From positions 1 through 63,662 of the IMG/VR virus record IMGVR_UViG_3300032799_000186: DNA of 63,662 bases; one strand, written 5' to 3'. The stretch is from a virus (Duplodnaviria; Caudoviricetes). The notes under the pieces are model-generated. The model saw nothing but the letters and a program-made list of their open reading frames with translations, did no database searches and was not told the DNA's origin. This document shows positions 1 to 10,400 of the stretch, piece after piece. The translations under genes were made by a program, and so were the position numbers. Position 1 is the first letter of the stretch. The number at the start of each line of letters is the position of its first letter.

Positions 1-1
1 C

Positions 2-3000
2 CTCCGAGATCGGAATGTCTGGAATCAGTACCTGGCTCTCCAGAAGAAATTCAAGGCCCGGTTCGATGGGGAGCGCAAGACGTGGTACATCCCCAAAAAC
101 GAGATGCCCTTTTTTGATTTCGATAAGTATCGGTCGGAAATGGAGGCCATTGGTCTGGAGGTTGAGGATCTTCCAGAAAAGCTGATGCGGGTCGCAGATC
201 CCAAGGGTCCATCCGACTCCCCCGGAGAATCCCATGTTCAAACCCACCCGATGACGGTTGAGCAGGCCATCAACGGGATCAAGACTCGCCGGCTCGATAG
301 CACGGTGGTGCTGACCCGTCGGCCGGACGGGGTGTTCGCTTTTTATACCCCCTACACCGACAAGCCGAAGTTTGAAAAAATCCGGGAATTGTTCAGCAAC
401 AAGACTGGGCAGCTCACGGGGATCTCCAAGTTCAACGAATCAGAGCACTCTCGGGACACCCATGAAATAGATTTGGCCGAGGAAGCTCTGGACAAATTGA
501 AGGCCATGTTTCCCGAGTGGGATTTCATCGTCGAGGGGCTTCGGGAAGGCCGTATCGAGCGGGATCAGGAGATTGCCGAGTCCCAGCTTCCCATTCCAGA
601 AGTTGCTGCGAAGATCAACCCGAAGTTCAAGTTGCTCCCTTACCAGAACGAAGGGGTTCGTTTCATCGACAAGGGGGAGGGGAACGCCATCATTGGGGAT
701 GAGATGGGTCTGGGTAAGACTCTCCAGGCCTTGGCTTGGGGGGCTATGCGGGGAAAGAAGATCCTGGTAGTTTGCCCGAAGGTGGTACGCCGAAACTGGC
801 TCCACGAAGCTACCAAGTTTTTTCCGGACTACTTCAAGGGCCACGAGTTGATGTCCAAGGATCTGCGGGCGGGCAAAATCCCTGACCTGGCCAACGTCAC
901 CATCGCCACCATAAACTATGAGGCGCTGGACAAGTTCAAAGACGTGATCGAAAAGGCTGGGTTCGATACCCTTGTGATCGATGAAAGCCACCGTGTAAAA
1001 AATCCCAAAGCTAAGCAGACCCAGGCCGTGCTCAAATTGGCCGAAGGGATGAAGCACCACATCCTACTTTCTGGAACGGCCATCAAGAACAAAAAGGAAG
1101 AGCTGTTCACCCAGTTGGCCATCGTGGCTCCGAATCAGTTCTCTCTGGCGAACCTTCGGTTCGGAACCATTGGTGGAGTTTGGCAGGGCATGCGGAAGGT
1201 GTACCTGGCCCGGCAGAAGAACAAGGTGCTGAAGGATCTGCCCGAAAAGTCCACTACCCAGGTGAGGGTCGATGTGCCGAACGCTCCCGACCTCACGGGC
1301 ATGTCCAGCATCGGGGACGTGTCCAAGATTCGGGGGCAAGTTGCTCTGGCCAAGGTGCCGGCCACCGCAGAGATGGTCAACGAGATTTTGGCATCTTCCG
1401 ATTCCAAGATCCTGGTGTTCACGGAGTCGGTGGCAGCGGCCAAGAGTTTGGCGGAGAAGTTTGGGGACAAGGCCATTCTCCATGGGGGCTGGGTGAGGGA
1501 TGAGGCCCGGGAAATATCCGTAGAAGAGTGGCAGCACAAGGATGAGCAGGGTAATTTCACGAGCCCCAAGCGGGTGTTCGTTACCACCCGGCCCTCTATG
1601 GCCGTGGGGGCGACCCTGACGGCAGCCGACAAGGTGGTGTTCAACGATCTGCCTTGGACGGCAGCGGACGTGCGCCAGGCCGAAGATAGGGCTCACCGAA
1701 TTGGCCAGAAGAAAAACGTCAACGTCTACTGGATTCAGGCGGATGGGAACGCCTTCGATGAGTCGGTGGCCACCATCTTGTTCCGGAAATACGAGCTGGG
1801 GCAGAAGGTCAACCAGGGCAAGCAACTCACCCCACAGGAGCGGGAGTGGATGGAAGCTGACATGACCGATGCGGAGGTCCTGGCTCACATCCGGGGGGCG
1901 TCAGCCGGCCCCCAGGCAATCGAGTCCACCTCCCCCCCGGTTACCCCCTTGACCAAGGCAACCCCCTTGAAGAAGTCTATGACCATGGCTGAGCGGGAAG
2001 ATCGGAAACAGGTAGCTCGGGAGCAGGAAGAGAAGGGTGACTTGCGGGTGGCGGCCACCTTGCCGTTGCTGGCCCACGCCGGAGACAACCCCAAGGAGCT
2101 GGAGAAGCGGGTGCGCGGCCAGCTCCACAAGTTGCGGGTCCGGAACGATTGGCGGACGGAACTTCTGGAATCGATCATGGGCGACCTGGCGGCGTTCAGG
2201 TACGCTCAGGACTCAGGCGAGATGAATGACCTGCCCATGTACCTGCACGAGCACCTGGTCACCGGTGGGGATCGGGCGGAAAAGTCTCTGGGGTCGATGT
2301 GGTCAGATCCGGAGTTCTCGGAGAGCGTTCCAGAAATGCCCTTCGATGAGACTGATGCCCTCTTGAAGTCCGAAGGCTGGATCCCCCTGGACGAAGAACT
2401 GGGGGACATTCTCTGGAAGTCCGAGCGCCCCCACAAGTACATCCGGCGGGTGCCCTACACCGACAACTTGGGGGTGCATAAGTATCGGTATTATTACAGG
2501 GAAAGCGCATCGGCCCGGGGTGCCCGTGCCGGCGAAGAGGTTACCCTGGGAGAGCACACGGCGCACATCAAGCACGTGGACGAAAGCGGTGCCGTGACCA
2601 TGGAGATCGGGGGAGAGGAAAAAACGGTCAACCACAACGAGTGGCACCAGATGATGGCCCACCACTACGGCGAGGGCTACTACCAGCACGTTGAGCACCG
2701 AGCCATTCAAGCCGTCAACGCGGTCCTTCGGAACGTCCCAGGGGACCTTCTGGAAGAGTTGAAGGGCGACGACTCGGCTCGGATGAACGTGCTGAAAACC
2801 CGGGTGCCAGAGGTCTACGCCAAACTCCAGGCGGCCTTCCAGCGGGTAGGGGTGGATGCCTTCCAGGCCAAGCAGATCATCGGGCACACCATGGAGCGCC
2901 GGGGCTGGGAAGCCGAGGCGCGGGCGGCGGTCATCGGGGCGGTGCTCTCCCCAGAAGGCGCCACGATAGCCAAGAACCACAGGCAGATTGTCGCAGGCGC

Positions 3001-6000
3001 TGAGAACCTGGCCGGCGGGATGAAGGTGGAAGCCAAGCACGTGGCGGCGGCCATCGACCTGCGGCGCCCCAGGTTTGAGGGGGACAACTTTGGCCTGAAG
3101 GTGACGGACATCGCCAAAAAGGCCGAGACCGAGCTGACCAAGCTCCAGCATCTTTTGCACGCGGCCAAGACCGAGGGTGGGACCCACGAGGCCCTGATGG
3201 CGCAGGCCCTGGCGTTTACCTCCACGACTTTGACCCAGCTCAACATGCTGGCGACGGCTTACCCGGGCATGCGGGACAAGCTGCTCGACCCGATGCGCCG
3301 GACGATGATGGAAGTGCCATCCATGGCTCCCAGGTCGGAGCCTACGGCCGAGGGGTCGGTGGCGACCTTGTTCGTGGCCGGTGAAGGTGGGAAGCCCCGG
3401 GCGCTGAAGGCGCGGTATCGGTTGATGGAAGCCAAGGATGTGATTCCCTCCCACGACCCAGAGTCTTTCCAGCCCAACGAGAAGTACCCAACGGGGGTTC
3501 AGGAGCGGGCCTATCACCGGGACAAGGATGAGCAGCAAAAGGTGATTCGGAACGCTACCCGGATGAACGCGGCTTTCCTGATCAACACCAACCCGGACGC
3601 CGTGAACGGCCCGCCCATTGTGACCTCGGACGGGGTGGTCTTGGGTGGTAACAGCCGCACCATGTCGATGCAAAGGGCGTTCAAGACCCAGCCCGACCAG
3701 GCCAAGACCCTGAAGGACTACTTGCGGGATCATGCCTCCGAAGTGGGGCTGACGGCCTACGACGTGGACGCCATGGAGAGCCCGATCTTGGTTCGGATGG
3801 TGGACCTGGAGGACAAGACTCCGAAGGCTTTGCGGACCATGGTCCGGCAGATGAATGAGAACTTTACCCAGGCTTTGGACCCCCGGACTTACCAGGTGGC
3901 GCTCGGGCGCCGGCTGGATACCGAGGCCCTGAATGCCTTGTCAAGCAACATGGTCGAGGATGAGAGCTTGAACGATTTCTTGGCTACCGGGCGGTCCAAG
4001 GTTTTCGTGGATCACCTGTCCAGGGTGGGGGTCATCGACGAGCGGAACAGTAACCAGTACATCAAAAAGGGCACCCGGCAGTTGAACGAAGATGGCAAGG
4101 TTCTGGTGTCCAGAATCTTGGTGGGCAACGTGGTGGACGATGCGGACGTGCTGTCCGACACCCCGCCGAAGTTGTTGACCAGCTTGGCCGGTTGTGTGCC
4201 GTACATGCTCCAGGCCAAGTCCTCTGGACCGGAGTTTGACCTGTCCAACGACCTCCAGACGGCTCTCCATGCCTACAATTATGCGAGGGATATGGCGGAC
4301 GCGGGGAAGGGTCCAGTCCTGGACGCCAACATGCCCGACTGGAGTTTCAATCAGCTATTCGCCCAGCAAAACGTGTTCGGTGAGATTCACCCGGTCACCA
4401 AGAGCGAGCGGGCGATGATCTTGCTGGAGTCCATGATCCGGAAGTCTGGCCCCAGGCAGATGACCCGGATCTTCCGGGAGTACACTAAGGCGGCGTCGTT
4501 GAATCGAACGGATCAGATGTCTCTGGCTGGGCCGGCATTGACCCCCGCGCAGGTGCTGACGTTCTCCATCGAGGCGGCCGGGAAGCGGGACAAGGCCGAG
4601 GCTGAAGCTAAGGCCCAGGCCAAGGCAAAGGCTAAAGCCGGAACAGAGCAGGAAGGATTGTTCAAGGCCCAGCCACAGGCCGGGCCGTTTATCGGACCCA
4701 AGGGTGGGAAGTACGCGGATCCCGAGTTGACCATTTCTTGGCGAGAGCGCACCGGGCGCCAGCCGGCAGCTCAGAAACCGATCCCGACACCTCGGGCACC
4801 GGCGGGTTCTCAGCCTCCAGCCAAGCAACCGATAACGGATGCGCCGGCGGAGGTTCACCAGCAGTACCAGCGGGAGGAAGCGAAAACTCGGGGGGGCCAG
4901 CAAGCGACCGAGAAGCCAAAGACCAAGCGGAACTGGGTAGATCACAAGCCGGGTTTGCCCAAGCAGACCATCGACAAGTACCGGATGGATGAGCCCGATG
5001 GGACGCATTCCTACGTGATGTCTCGGAAGCCGATTCACGACAAGATCCTAGAAGCGTTCATGGGTGGGAAACAACCGGTTCCCAAGGATCGGAAAAAAAC
5101 TGCTTTCGTGATGATGGGTGGACCGGCCAGCGGCAAAACTACTTTGGCAAAACTAATCGCCGGGAAGAAGTTTGGGAAGTTCATAAACGTCAACCCGGAC
5201 GATGTTCGGGAGATGCTGCCTGAATACCAGGAAGCCATTGACTTCAAGGACGATAGTGGCAAGCAGGTTTCGGCTAAGGACGCATCTGCCATGACCCACG
5301 AAGAGGCGTCCGACATCGCAGGTGAAGTTTACAACCGGGCCATTGATGGGAATTTCAATCTTGTGTTTGACGGTACAGGCAAGAACGTGGACAAGCATCG
5401 TGCTCGGGTGGCGTCTTTGAAGGATCATGGCTACCACGTAGTTTTGCTGATGCCTCACCTGGATCTGGAAACGGCCCTGGTGCGGGCTGGAGATCGAGCG
5501 GAGCACAGGGGGCGCACAGTACCTGAGCCTATGATGCGGGAAGCCTACCCCAAGATGCCTGGAAATTTTGAATCGGTAGCCCGAACGGCCGATGAGTTCC
5601 ACCTCTATCACAGTGGAGGCCCTGTTACCAAGCCCCCACAGATTGTCTGGAGCGGTGGAGAGGGCAAGAAGGATAAGGTTCACCACCCAGAGCTATTCCA
5701 GCAATTCCAGGAAGAGGCCAAGCGGTCTCGGGTACTCCAGGGTCGGAAGGAAAACCAAGTGGATCTGGGGCCACCGAAGGGTCCTGTGTCCAGGCATGAG
5801 GCTGGCCTGTCCTACAAGAACCTGAAAAAATCTGGGCCGGTCAGGAGCAAGCTGCCTCCCTTCATGTCCGGCGATGACATTTTGGCGAGATTGCAAGAAA
5901 CCAGCGTGGCCGATGCTGAGGACGATGAGGTGGATCTGAAGGGGACCAAGAAGGCCATGTTCGACCGGGATGTCGGGGCCGACACCCCCATGGGGGATGA

Positions 6001-7006
6001 TTTTGACCCAGACAACCGGCGGCTGAAGTACGCCAAGGAAAAGCCCACCATGCCGCCGAAGCAACCCCTGTCAAAGGCGGCCGGGCAAGGCCCCTTTATT
6101 GGCCCCAAGGGCGGGAAGTGGGCCAATCCAGAAATGACCATTCCTTGGGAGGAAGGCACAGGCCAGGGGCGGCCTCCGGCGGCCCAGGAGCAACCCTCTG
6201 CACCTAGACCCCCGGCTCAGCCCCAGCCACAGGCAGCAGGTAACCTGGCCCCCCAGACCCCGGCCCAGGCCCAGGCGCACCAGGCTACGGGGGATTTGGT
6301 TCCTTCTGCCCAAGGCCAGGCCCAGCAAGAAAAGCCAGCTCAGCCCCAGTCGGGGCACTCCGAGCCCAGTGAGGCGGAGATGCTCCAGCGCCTGGACGGT
6401 CAACTTCCAGGGGGCAAGACGACCCAGGAGCACTTCCAGATTGCCAAGGATTTTCTGGCTCAGCACAGGGCGGCGTTCGGGGCAACGATGAAAGCCATGC
6501 AGAACCTGGCCGGTGAGACGGGGGAGGTGTCGGCGCGGGTCAAAGACTTAGGCAGCGCCCTGAACAAGCTCGTAAGAAAACCCAAGTACGGAACGGCGGA
6601 CAAGCTCCAGGATGGGATGGGCGCTAGAATCCAGCACCAAACCGTCTCTCAGGTATGGGAGACGGTGAAGAAGGCCAAGTCCCAGTTCAAAGTGGTGACT
6701 GAGGATAACTACCTCGACACGCCCCTGGGGGACTATCGAAGCTACCACCTGATTCTGGAAGGCCCCACCGGGCTCCAGTTCGAGTTGCAGGTCCGTACCC
6801 ACAACCAGAACATCTTCGGGGACTGGGCGCACAAGGGCTACAAGCCCGAGACTGCGGAGCAGGAGAAGTACAAAGATCACCCAGACGTGAAGCGGTACTC
6901 CAAAGAGATGTCCGAGTATTTCTGGGAGGTAGACAACGAGCAAACACCCAAGTTCACCCCCGAATGCCCTCCGGTGGTTCAACAGGTCTTTGGGTGCATG
7001 GCGTAG
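2..7006 (+). CDS. Giant polyvalent protein, 5'-truncated: SNF2-family helicase/ATPase, DdrB-like ParB domain, zeta-toxin-like P-loop kinase, RelA/SpoT-type synthetase
   Basis: The frame is open from nt 2 (LRDRNVW...RFDGERKTWYIP), so the start is probably upstream. SNF2 motifs LLPYQ, GDEMGLGKT, DESH, LSGTAIKN, QAEDRAHRIGQ (~630-1740). DdrB-ParB-like ARYRLMEA..IPSHDP..QERAY..GPPIV..GGNSRT (~3400-3870). Zeta-like MGGPASGKT..INVNPDD..FDGTG (~5100-5610). Synthetase motifs RVK, QDGMGARI, YRSYH, ELQVRT (~6530-6840). Confidence 0.88.
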   Translation, partial: LRDRNVWNQYLALQKKFKARFDGERKTWYIPKNEMPFFDFDKYRSEMEAIGLEVEDLPEKLMRVADPKGPSDSPGESHVQTHPMTVEQAINGIKTRRLDSTVVLTRRPDGVFAFYTPYTDKPKFEKIRELFSNKTGQLTGISKFNESEHSRDTHEIDLAEEALDKLKAMFPEWDFIVEGLREGRIERDQEIAESQLPIPEVAAKINPKFKLLPYQNEGVRFIDKGEGNAIIGDEMGLGKTLQALAWGAMRGKKILVVCPKVVRRNWLHEATKFFPDYFKGHELMSKDLRAGKIPDLANVTIATINYEALDKFKDVIEKAGFDTLVIDESHRVKNPKAKQTQAVLKLAEGMKHHILLSGTAIKNKKEELFTQLAIVAPNQFSLANLRFGTIGGVWQGMRKVYLARQKNKVLKDLPEKSTTQVRVDVPNAPDLTGMSSIGDVSKIRGQVALAKVPATAEMVNEILASSDSKILVFTESVAAAKSLAEKFGDKAILHGGWVRDEAREISVEEWQHKDEQGNFTSPKRVFVTTRPSMAVGATLTAADKVVFNDLPWTAADVRQAEDRAHRIGQKKNVNVYWIQADGNAFDESVATILFRKYELGQKVNQGKQLTPQEREWMEADMTDAEVLAHIRGASAGPQAIESTSPPVTPLTKATPLKKSMTMAEREDRKQVAREQEEKGDLRVAATLPLLAHAGDNPKELEKRVRGQLHKLRVRNDWRTELLESIMGDLAAFRYAQDSGEMNDLPMYLHEHLVTGGDRAEKSLGSMWSDPEFSESVPEMPFDETDALLKSEGWIPLDEELGDILWKSERPHKYIRRVPYTDNLGVHKYRYYYRESASARGARAGEEVTLGEHTAHIKHVDESGAVTMEIGGEEKTVNHNEWHQMMAHHYGEGYYQHVEHRAIQAVNAVLRNVPGDLLEELKGDDSARMNVLKTRVPEVYAKLQAAFQRVGVDAFQAKQIIGHTMERRGWEAEARAAVIGAVLSPEGATIAKNHRQIVAGAENLAGGMKVEAKHVAAAIDLRRPRFEGDNFGLKVTDIAKKAETELTKLQHLLHAAKTEGGTHEALMAQALAFTSTTLTQLNMLATAYPGMRDKLLDPMRRTMMEVPSMAPRSEPTAEGSVATLFVAGEGGKPRALKARYRLMEAKDVIPSHDPESFQPNEKYPTGVQERAYHRDKDEQQKVIRNATRMNAAFLINTNPDAVNGPPIVTSDGVVLGGNSRTMSMQRAFKTQPDQAKTLKDYLRDHASEVGLTAYDVDAMESPILVRMVDLEDKTPKALRTMVRQMNENFTQALDPRTYQVALGRRLDTEALNALSSNMVEDESLNDFLATGRSKVFVDHLSRVGVIDERNSNQYIKKGTRQLNEDGKVLVSRILVGNVVDDADVLSDTPPKLLTSLAGCVPYMLQAKSSGPEFDLSNDLQTALHAYNYARDMADAGKGPVLDANMPDWSFNQLFAQQNVFGEIHPVTKSERAMILLESMIRKSGPRQMTRIFREYTKAASLNRTDQMSLAGPALTPAQVLTFSIEAAGKRDKAEAEAKAQAKAKAKAGTEQEGLFKAQPQAGPFIGPKGGKYADPELTISWRERTGRQPAAQKPIPTPRAPAGSQPPAKQPITDAPAEVHQQYQREEAKTRGGQQATEKPKTKRNWVDHKPGLPKQTIDKYRMDEPDGTHSYVMSRKPIHDKILEAFMGGKQPVPKDRKKTAFVMMGGPASGKTTLAKLIAGKKFGKFINVNPDDVREMLPEYQEAIDFKDDSGKQVSAKDASAMTHEEASDIAGEVYNRAIDGNFNLVFDGTGKNVDKHRARVASLKDHGYHVVLLMPHLDLETALVRAGDRAEHRGRTVPEPMMREAYPKMPGNFESVARTADEFHLYHSGGPVTKPPQIVWSGGEGKKDKVHHPELFQQFQEEAKRSRVLQGRKENQVDLGPPKGPVSRHEAGLSYKNLKKSGPVRSKLPPFMSGDDILARLQETSVADAEDDEVDLKGTKKAMFDRDVGADTPMGDDFDPDNRRLKYAKEKPTMPPKQPLSKAAGQGPFIGPKGGKWANPEMTIPWEEGTGQGRPPAAQEQPSAPRPPAQPQPQAAGNLAPQTPAQAQAHQATGDLVPSAQGQAQQEKPAQPQSGHSEPSEAEMLQRLDGQLPGGKTTQEHFQIAKDFLAQHRAAFGATMKAMQNLAGETGEVSARVKDLGSALNKLVRKPKYGTADKLQDGMGARIQHQTVSQVWETVKKAKSQFKVVTEDNYLDTPLGDYRSYHLILEGPTGLQFELQVRTHNQNIFGDWAHKGYKPETAEQEKYKDHPDVKRYSKEMSEYFWEVDNEQTPKFTPECPPVVQQVFGCMA
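4682..4741 (+). repeat. 20-aa tag copy 1 (GPFIGPKGGKYADPELTISW)
   Basis: Read directly. Preceded by LFKA (4658-4669) and followed by a P/Q/A-rich linker and the zeta-like domain. Confidence 0.95.
6089..6148 (+). repeat. 20-aa tag copy 2 (GPFIGPKGGKWANPEMTIPW)
   Basis: Preceded by LSKA (6068-6079) and followed by a P/Q/A-rich linker and the RelA/SpoT domain. Confidence 0.95.
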
Positions 7007-7015
7007 GAGCGGATC

Positions 7016-7450
7016 ATGGCCGAAGGAAACATGCTGGACAAGATTCTGGAGGCCAAGAAACGGGTCACTCCGGAGCAGGGGTTCAACGTGGTGGGGATCG
7101 ACACCTATGAGATGCCCGGAGAAGAGCCCTTTGTCATTGGGCACTACGATACCGTGGAAGAAGCCAATGCGATGGTGACGGCCTACAAACAGAGCTACCC
7201 TGACACGCCGGTTTACGTGTACGGCGTTCAGGCGGCTGAGCAGGAAGTCCAGAAAAGTGTTCTCCAGAAATTCCATGACTTCACAGTCCCTATCGTTCAG
7301 AGGGATACTCAGACTTATGAGCGGATCCAGAGAGTGCTCATCGCTCGGCACGGGTACGAAGAGGCCGACTTCGAAAAGGACGGAGAATTGTACGGCTGGA
7401 GTGCCAACGAATTGTTGGACCTAATCCTAGAGGACCTGCGGGGCAAGTAG
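7016..7450 (+). CDS. Hypothetical protein with an internal VQKS site
   Basis: AGGAG Shine-Dalgarno. Fills the gap between the two giant genes, and its stop abuts the next ATG. Confidence 0.75.
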   Translation: MAEGNMLDKILEAKKRVTPEQGFNVVGIDTYEMPGEEPFVIGHYDTVEEANAMVTAYKQSYPDTPVYVYGVQAAEQEVQKSVLQKFHDFTVPIVQRDTQTYERIQRVLIARHGYEEADFEKDGELYGWSANELLDLILEDLRGK

Positions 7451-10400
7451 ATGCTGTTGACACCGGAACAACTTCAGGAGATCCGCCGGATCATCCAGGA
7501 CTACCACAGTGCCTTTGTGGTCAACGTGGTCGGTCCAACGGCGGTGGCTCCAGAAATTCTGGCACGACTGAAGGCTAAGGGCCTGGTGGACATCCGGATC
7601 CAGTCCATTCAGGACGCCTACATCTACGGTCAGTTACTGGCCCACCTGGACAATCCGGCCATTGCCAGGATGACCTACACCCAGTTTCGGGACTTCATCA
7701 AGCGAAACCCCATCCCGATGACCTTGGTGGAGAAGCAAGCGGTCAAGATGGCCGAGGCCAGCGCCGGGCAGTATTGCGCCGGCTTGGGTAACCGGGTGGA
7801 CATGGCCACGGGGGCCACCCTGATCGAAGCCGATGCAGCCCTCCGAAATCAGCTCAAAGACGTGATCCGGACGGAAACGGCCGAGGCCATTTCTCGTCGG
7901 GAATCAGTCCAGAAATTGGCCAGCAACCTAGGGCACGCTACGGGGGACTGGTCCAGAGATTGGCGGCGGATCGCCAACACGGAAGTCCAGCAGGCCATGC
8001 AGACCGGCCTAGCTGACCGGTACCGGGAGGACTACGGCACGAGCGTTCGGGTGGCGAAAGTTCCGATGCCCGACGCTTGCGAGCACTGTAAACGCTTGTT
8101 CTTGGGGCCTGATGGGAAACCCAGGATCTGGAGGTTGGCTGACCTGCAAGCCTTCGGGACGAACGTCGGGCGCAAGACCCGGGACTGGGTGCCCACCGTG
8201 GGCACGGTTCACCCGCACTGCCAGTGCCAGCTCATCCGGGTTCCCAAGGGATTCGGGTTCGATGCTTTGGGGCGCATGGTGCCCGGCGGGAAACTGGGGG
8301 TCGAGGCAGACGCGGACGATTTCATGCGGTCCCTGCAACTGGAGGATGAGTTCCACAAGTCTGTCAGCTCCAATGATCTGGTGAATTTCCAGGGCATCAC
8401 GGTTCACGTCGAGAATCGAGCCGGCGAGCTTCGGCACTGGGAGAGTGCCACGGGCGAGCGCGGTATCACCCACATGCTGTGCGCCTATGGTGAAGTGGTG
8501 GGGACCAACGGGGCGGACGGGGACGGGCTTGACGTGTATCTGGGACCGGACCCCAAGGCCAACACCGTGTTCGTGGTTCACCAGCAGAATCCAGAGACTG
8601 GGGTGTACGACGAGGAGAAGGCCATGCTCGGCTTTCCCTCAGAAGAGTTCGCTCTCCAGGTCTACCGGGCGCACTTCAACAAGCCTGGGTTCGACGTGGC
8701 GGTTTCTCCGATGGGGGTCGAGCAGTTCAAGGTTTGGGCTGACGCTACCATCGCGGCGAAGGGCGAGGGCAAGAGCGAGACCATCCGGTTGGTTATTCCC
8801 CTGGAGAAGGCCCAGGCCGGTCCCTTCATCGGGCCGAGAGGTGGCAAGTGGGCTGACCCCGAGATGACCATTCACTGGGAGGATCGTCCGGAGAAGCCAG
8901 AGGCCCAGGCCCAGGAAGAACCGAGCGCGGCCCCCAGCGCAAAGCAACAGATCCCCGAGCACCTGGCCAAGCGGTTGGCTCGCCGGCAACCGGGGCATGG
9001 TGAGAAGATTGCTCTGAACAAAGAGGAGCTGGGCTTGGTTTTGGCCACGGGGAAGTATGCCCTGGTGAGCGCGGGGAAGAACCCCAACAGCCCGGAAGAT
9101 GCCAAGCTGACCCCAGCGGATTTTGCCAAGCGAACGGAACAGCTCCGGCAGCAGTTGGTGACCGACGGGTTCGCTTACTCTGACGTGGTGGGGCACTACG
9201 GGGAGATGGAAAACAGTTTCCTGGTCATGATCCACGACGCTGACCGAGAGCATGTGAGGAAGCTGGGGGAACTGTTCAACCAGGACACGATCCTCTACTC
9301 TGCGGGTGGGAAACACGAGTACCACTTCACCACCGGGCAAAAGAAAGGGCAGTACGTCAAGGGTGAGGGTCACCAGACTTTTGAGGTTGCCCCATCGGAC
9401 TATTACACGGAGTTCACTCACCCTGATGGTTCGATCACCAAGTTTTTGTTGAACCTGGACTTCGATCATGTGTTCCAGTCCGAGGTTGCGAAAGAGATAG
9501 CTCCAGAGGTTCCAGTTCAACCGGTGCCCCCCAAATCCGTTGGACGGGAGTCTCGGGATAGGCCAGCACCCGAGTGGGGTCCGGGCCGGGGGGTATGGCA
9601 CGCTGAGCGGTATTCCTTCGGGGAGAGCCCGGACGCCAAGCCGCTGGACACGATTTCAGTTGCTGACCTCCCCAAGGATTGGCTGGATCAAAACGCCTAC
9701 GATATGAGGGATGCGGTTCAGGCCAAATTTGGGAAGCTGGAAGCGCCCCCGGGGTACCAGATCATTTATCGGACAGGATCTGGCCCCAAGGGTCTGGCCA
9801 ACCGCAACGCTGGGAACTTGGAAGCGGTGGTGGATTTTGTCCGGCACTATGAGGATCGGGGCATCGAGTACGGCAACAAGATCACGGCCTACGCGGTTCG
9901 GATGCCAGAAGAGTTCGCGGACTACGAAAAGCGCAAGGGGGCTTACCTGAAAGAGGGCATGGACAAGGCCATGCCCCAGGCTGGTCCCTACATCGGTCCC
10001 CGAGGGGGGAAGTGGGCCAACCCGGAGTTGACCATTTCCTGGAAGGAGCACAAGGCACGCCAGCACGCAACAGCGGCATTGGCAGGAGGGTCATTCAACC
10101 AGGGTCACTGGCAACCACGTCCTGCCTCTGAATGGGAGGACGAAGAAGCCAAGCTCCGGGCCAAACTGACCGAGGCTCGAACGTCCGGCCTTCCTCGTTG
10201 GATGGAATTGTCCACCCCCTACTACCGCCCGGATTGGCCTCTTTCGGGGCCGGTGCAACCTGAGATGGACTTGAAGGTGGCCGAAGTAGCCATTGGTGCT
10301 GAGACCCTTGAGCATGCGGTGGCGTTCGATGGACAGGGCCGTCAACTGTTCCGGGCGACTTCAGACCAACGCGGCTACGTTCGTTTCAATGAAAAGCAGA

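Noticed and set aside
104-106. ATG 104 as the start of the giant protein
   Set aside because: The frame is open to the window edge with protein-like sequence and no clear SD, so the gene probably starts upstream.
4682-10042. Four tag repeats considered as a CRISPR array or as diversity-generating retroelement TR/VR repeats
   Set aside because: They are kilobases apart, in frame, and diverge mainly at synonymous positions rather than at adenines. No cas or reverse transcriptase gene is in the window.
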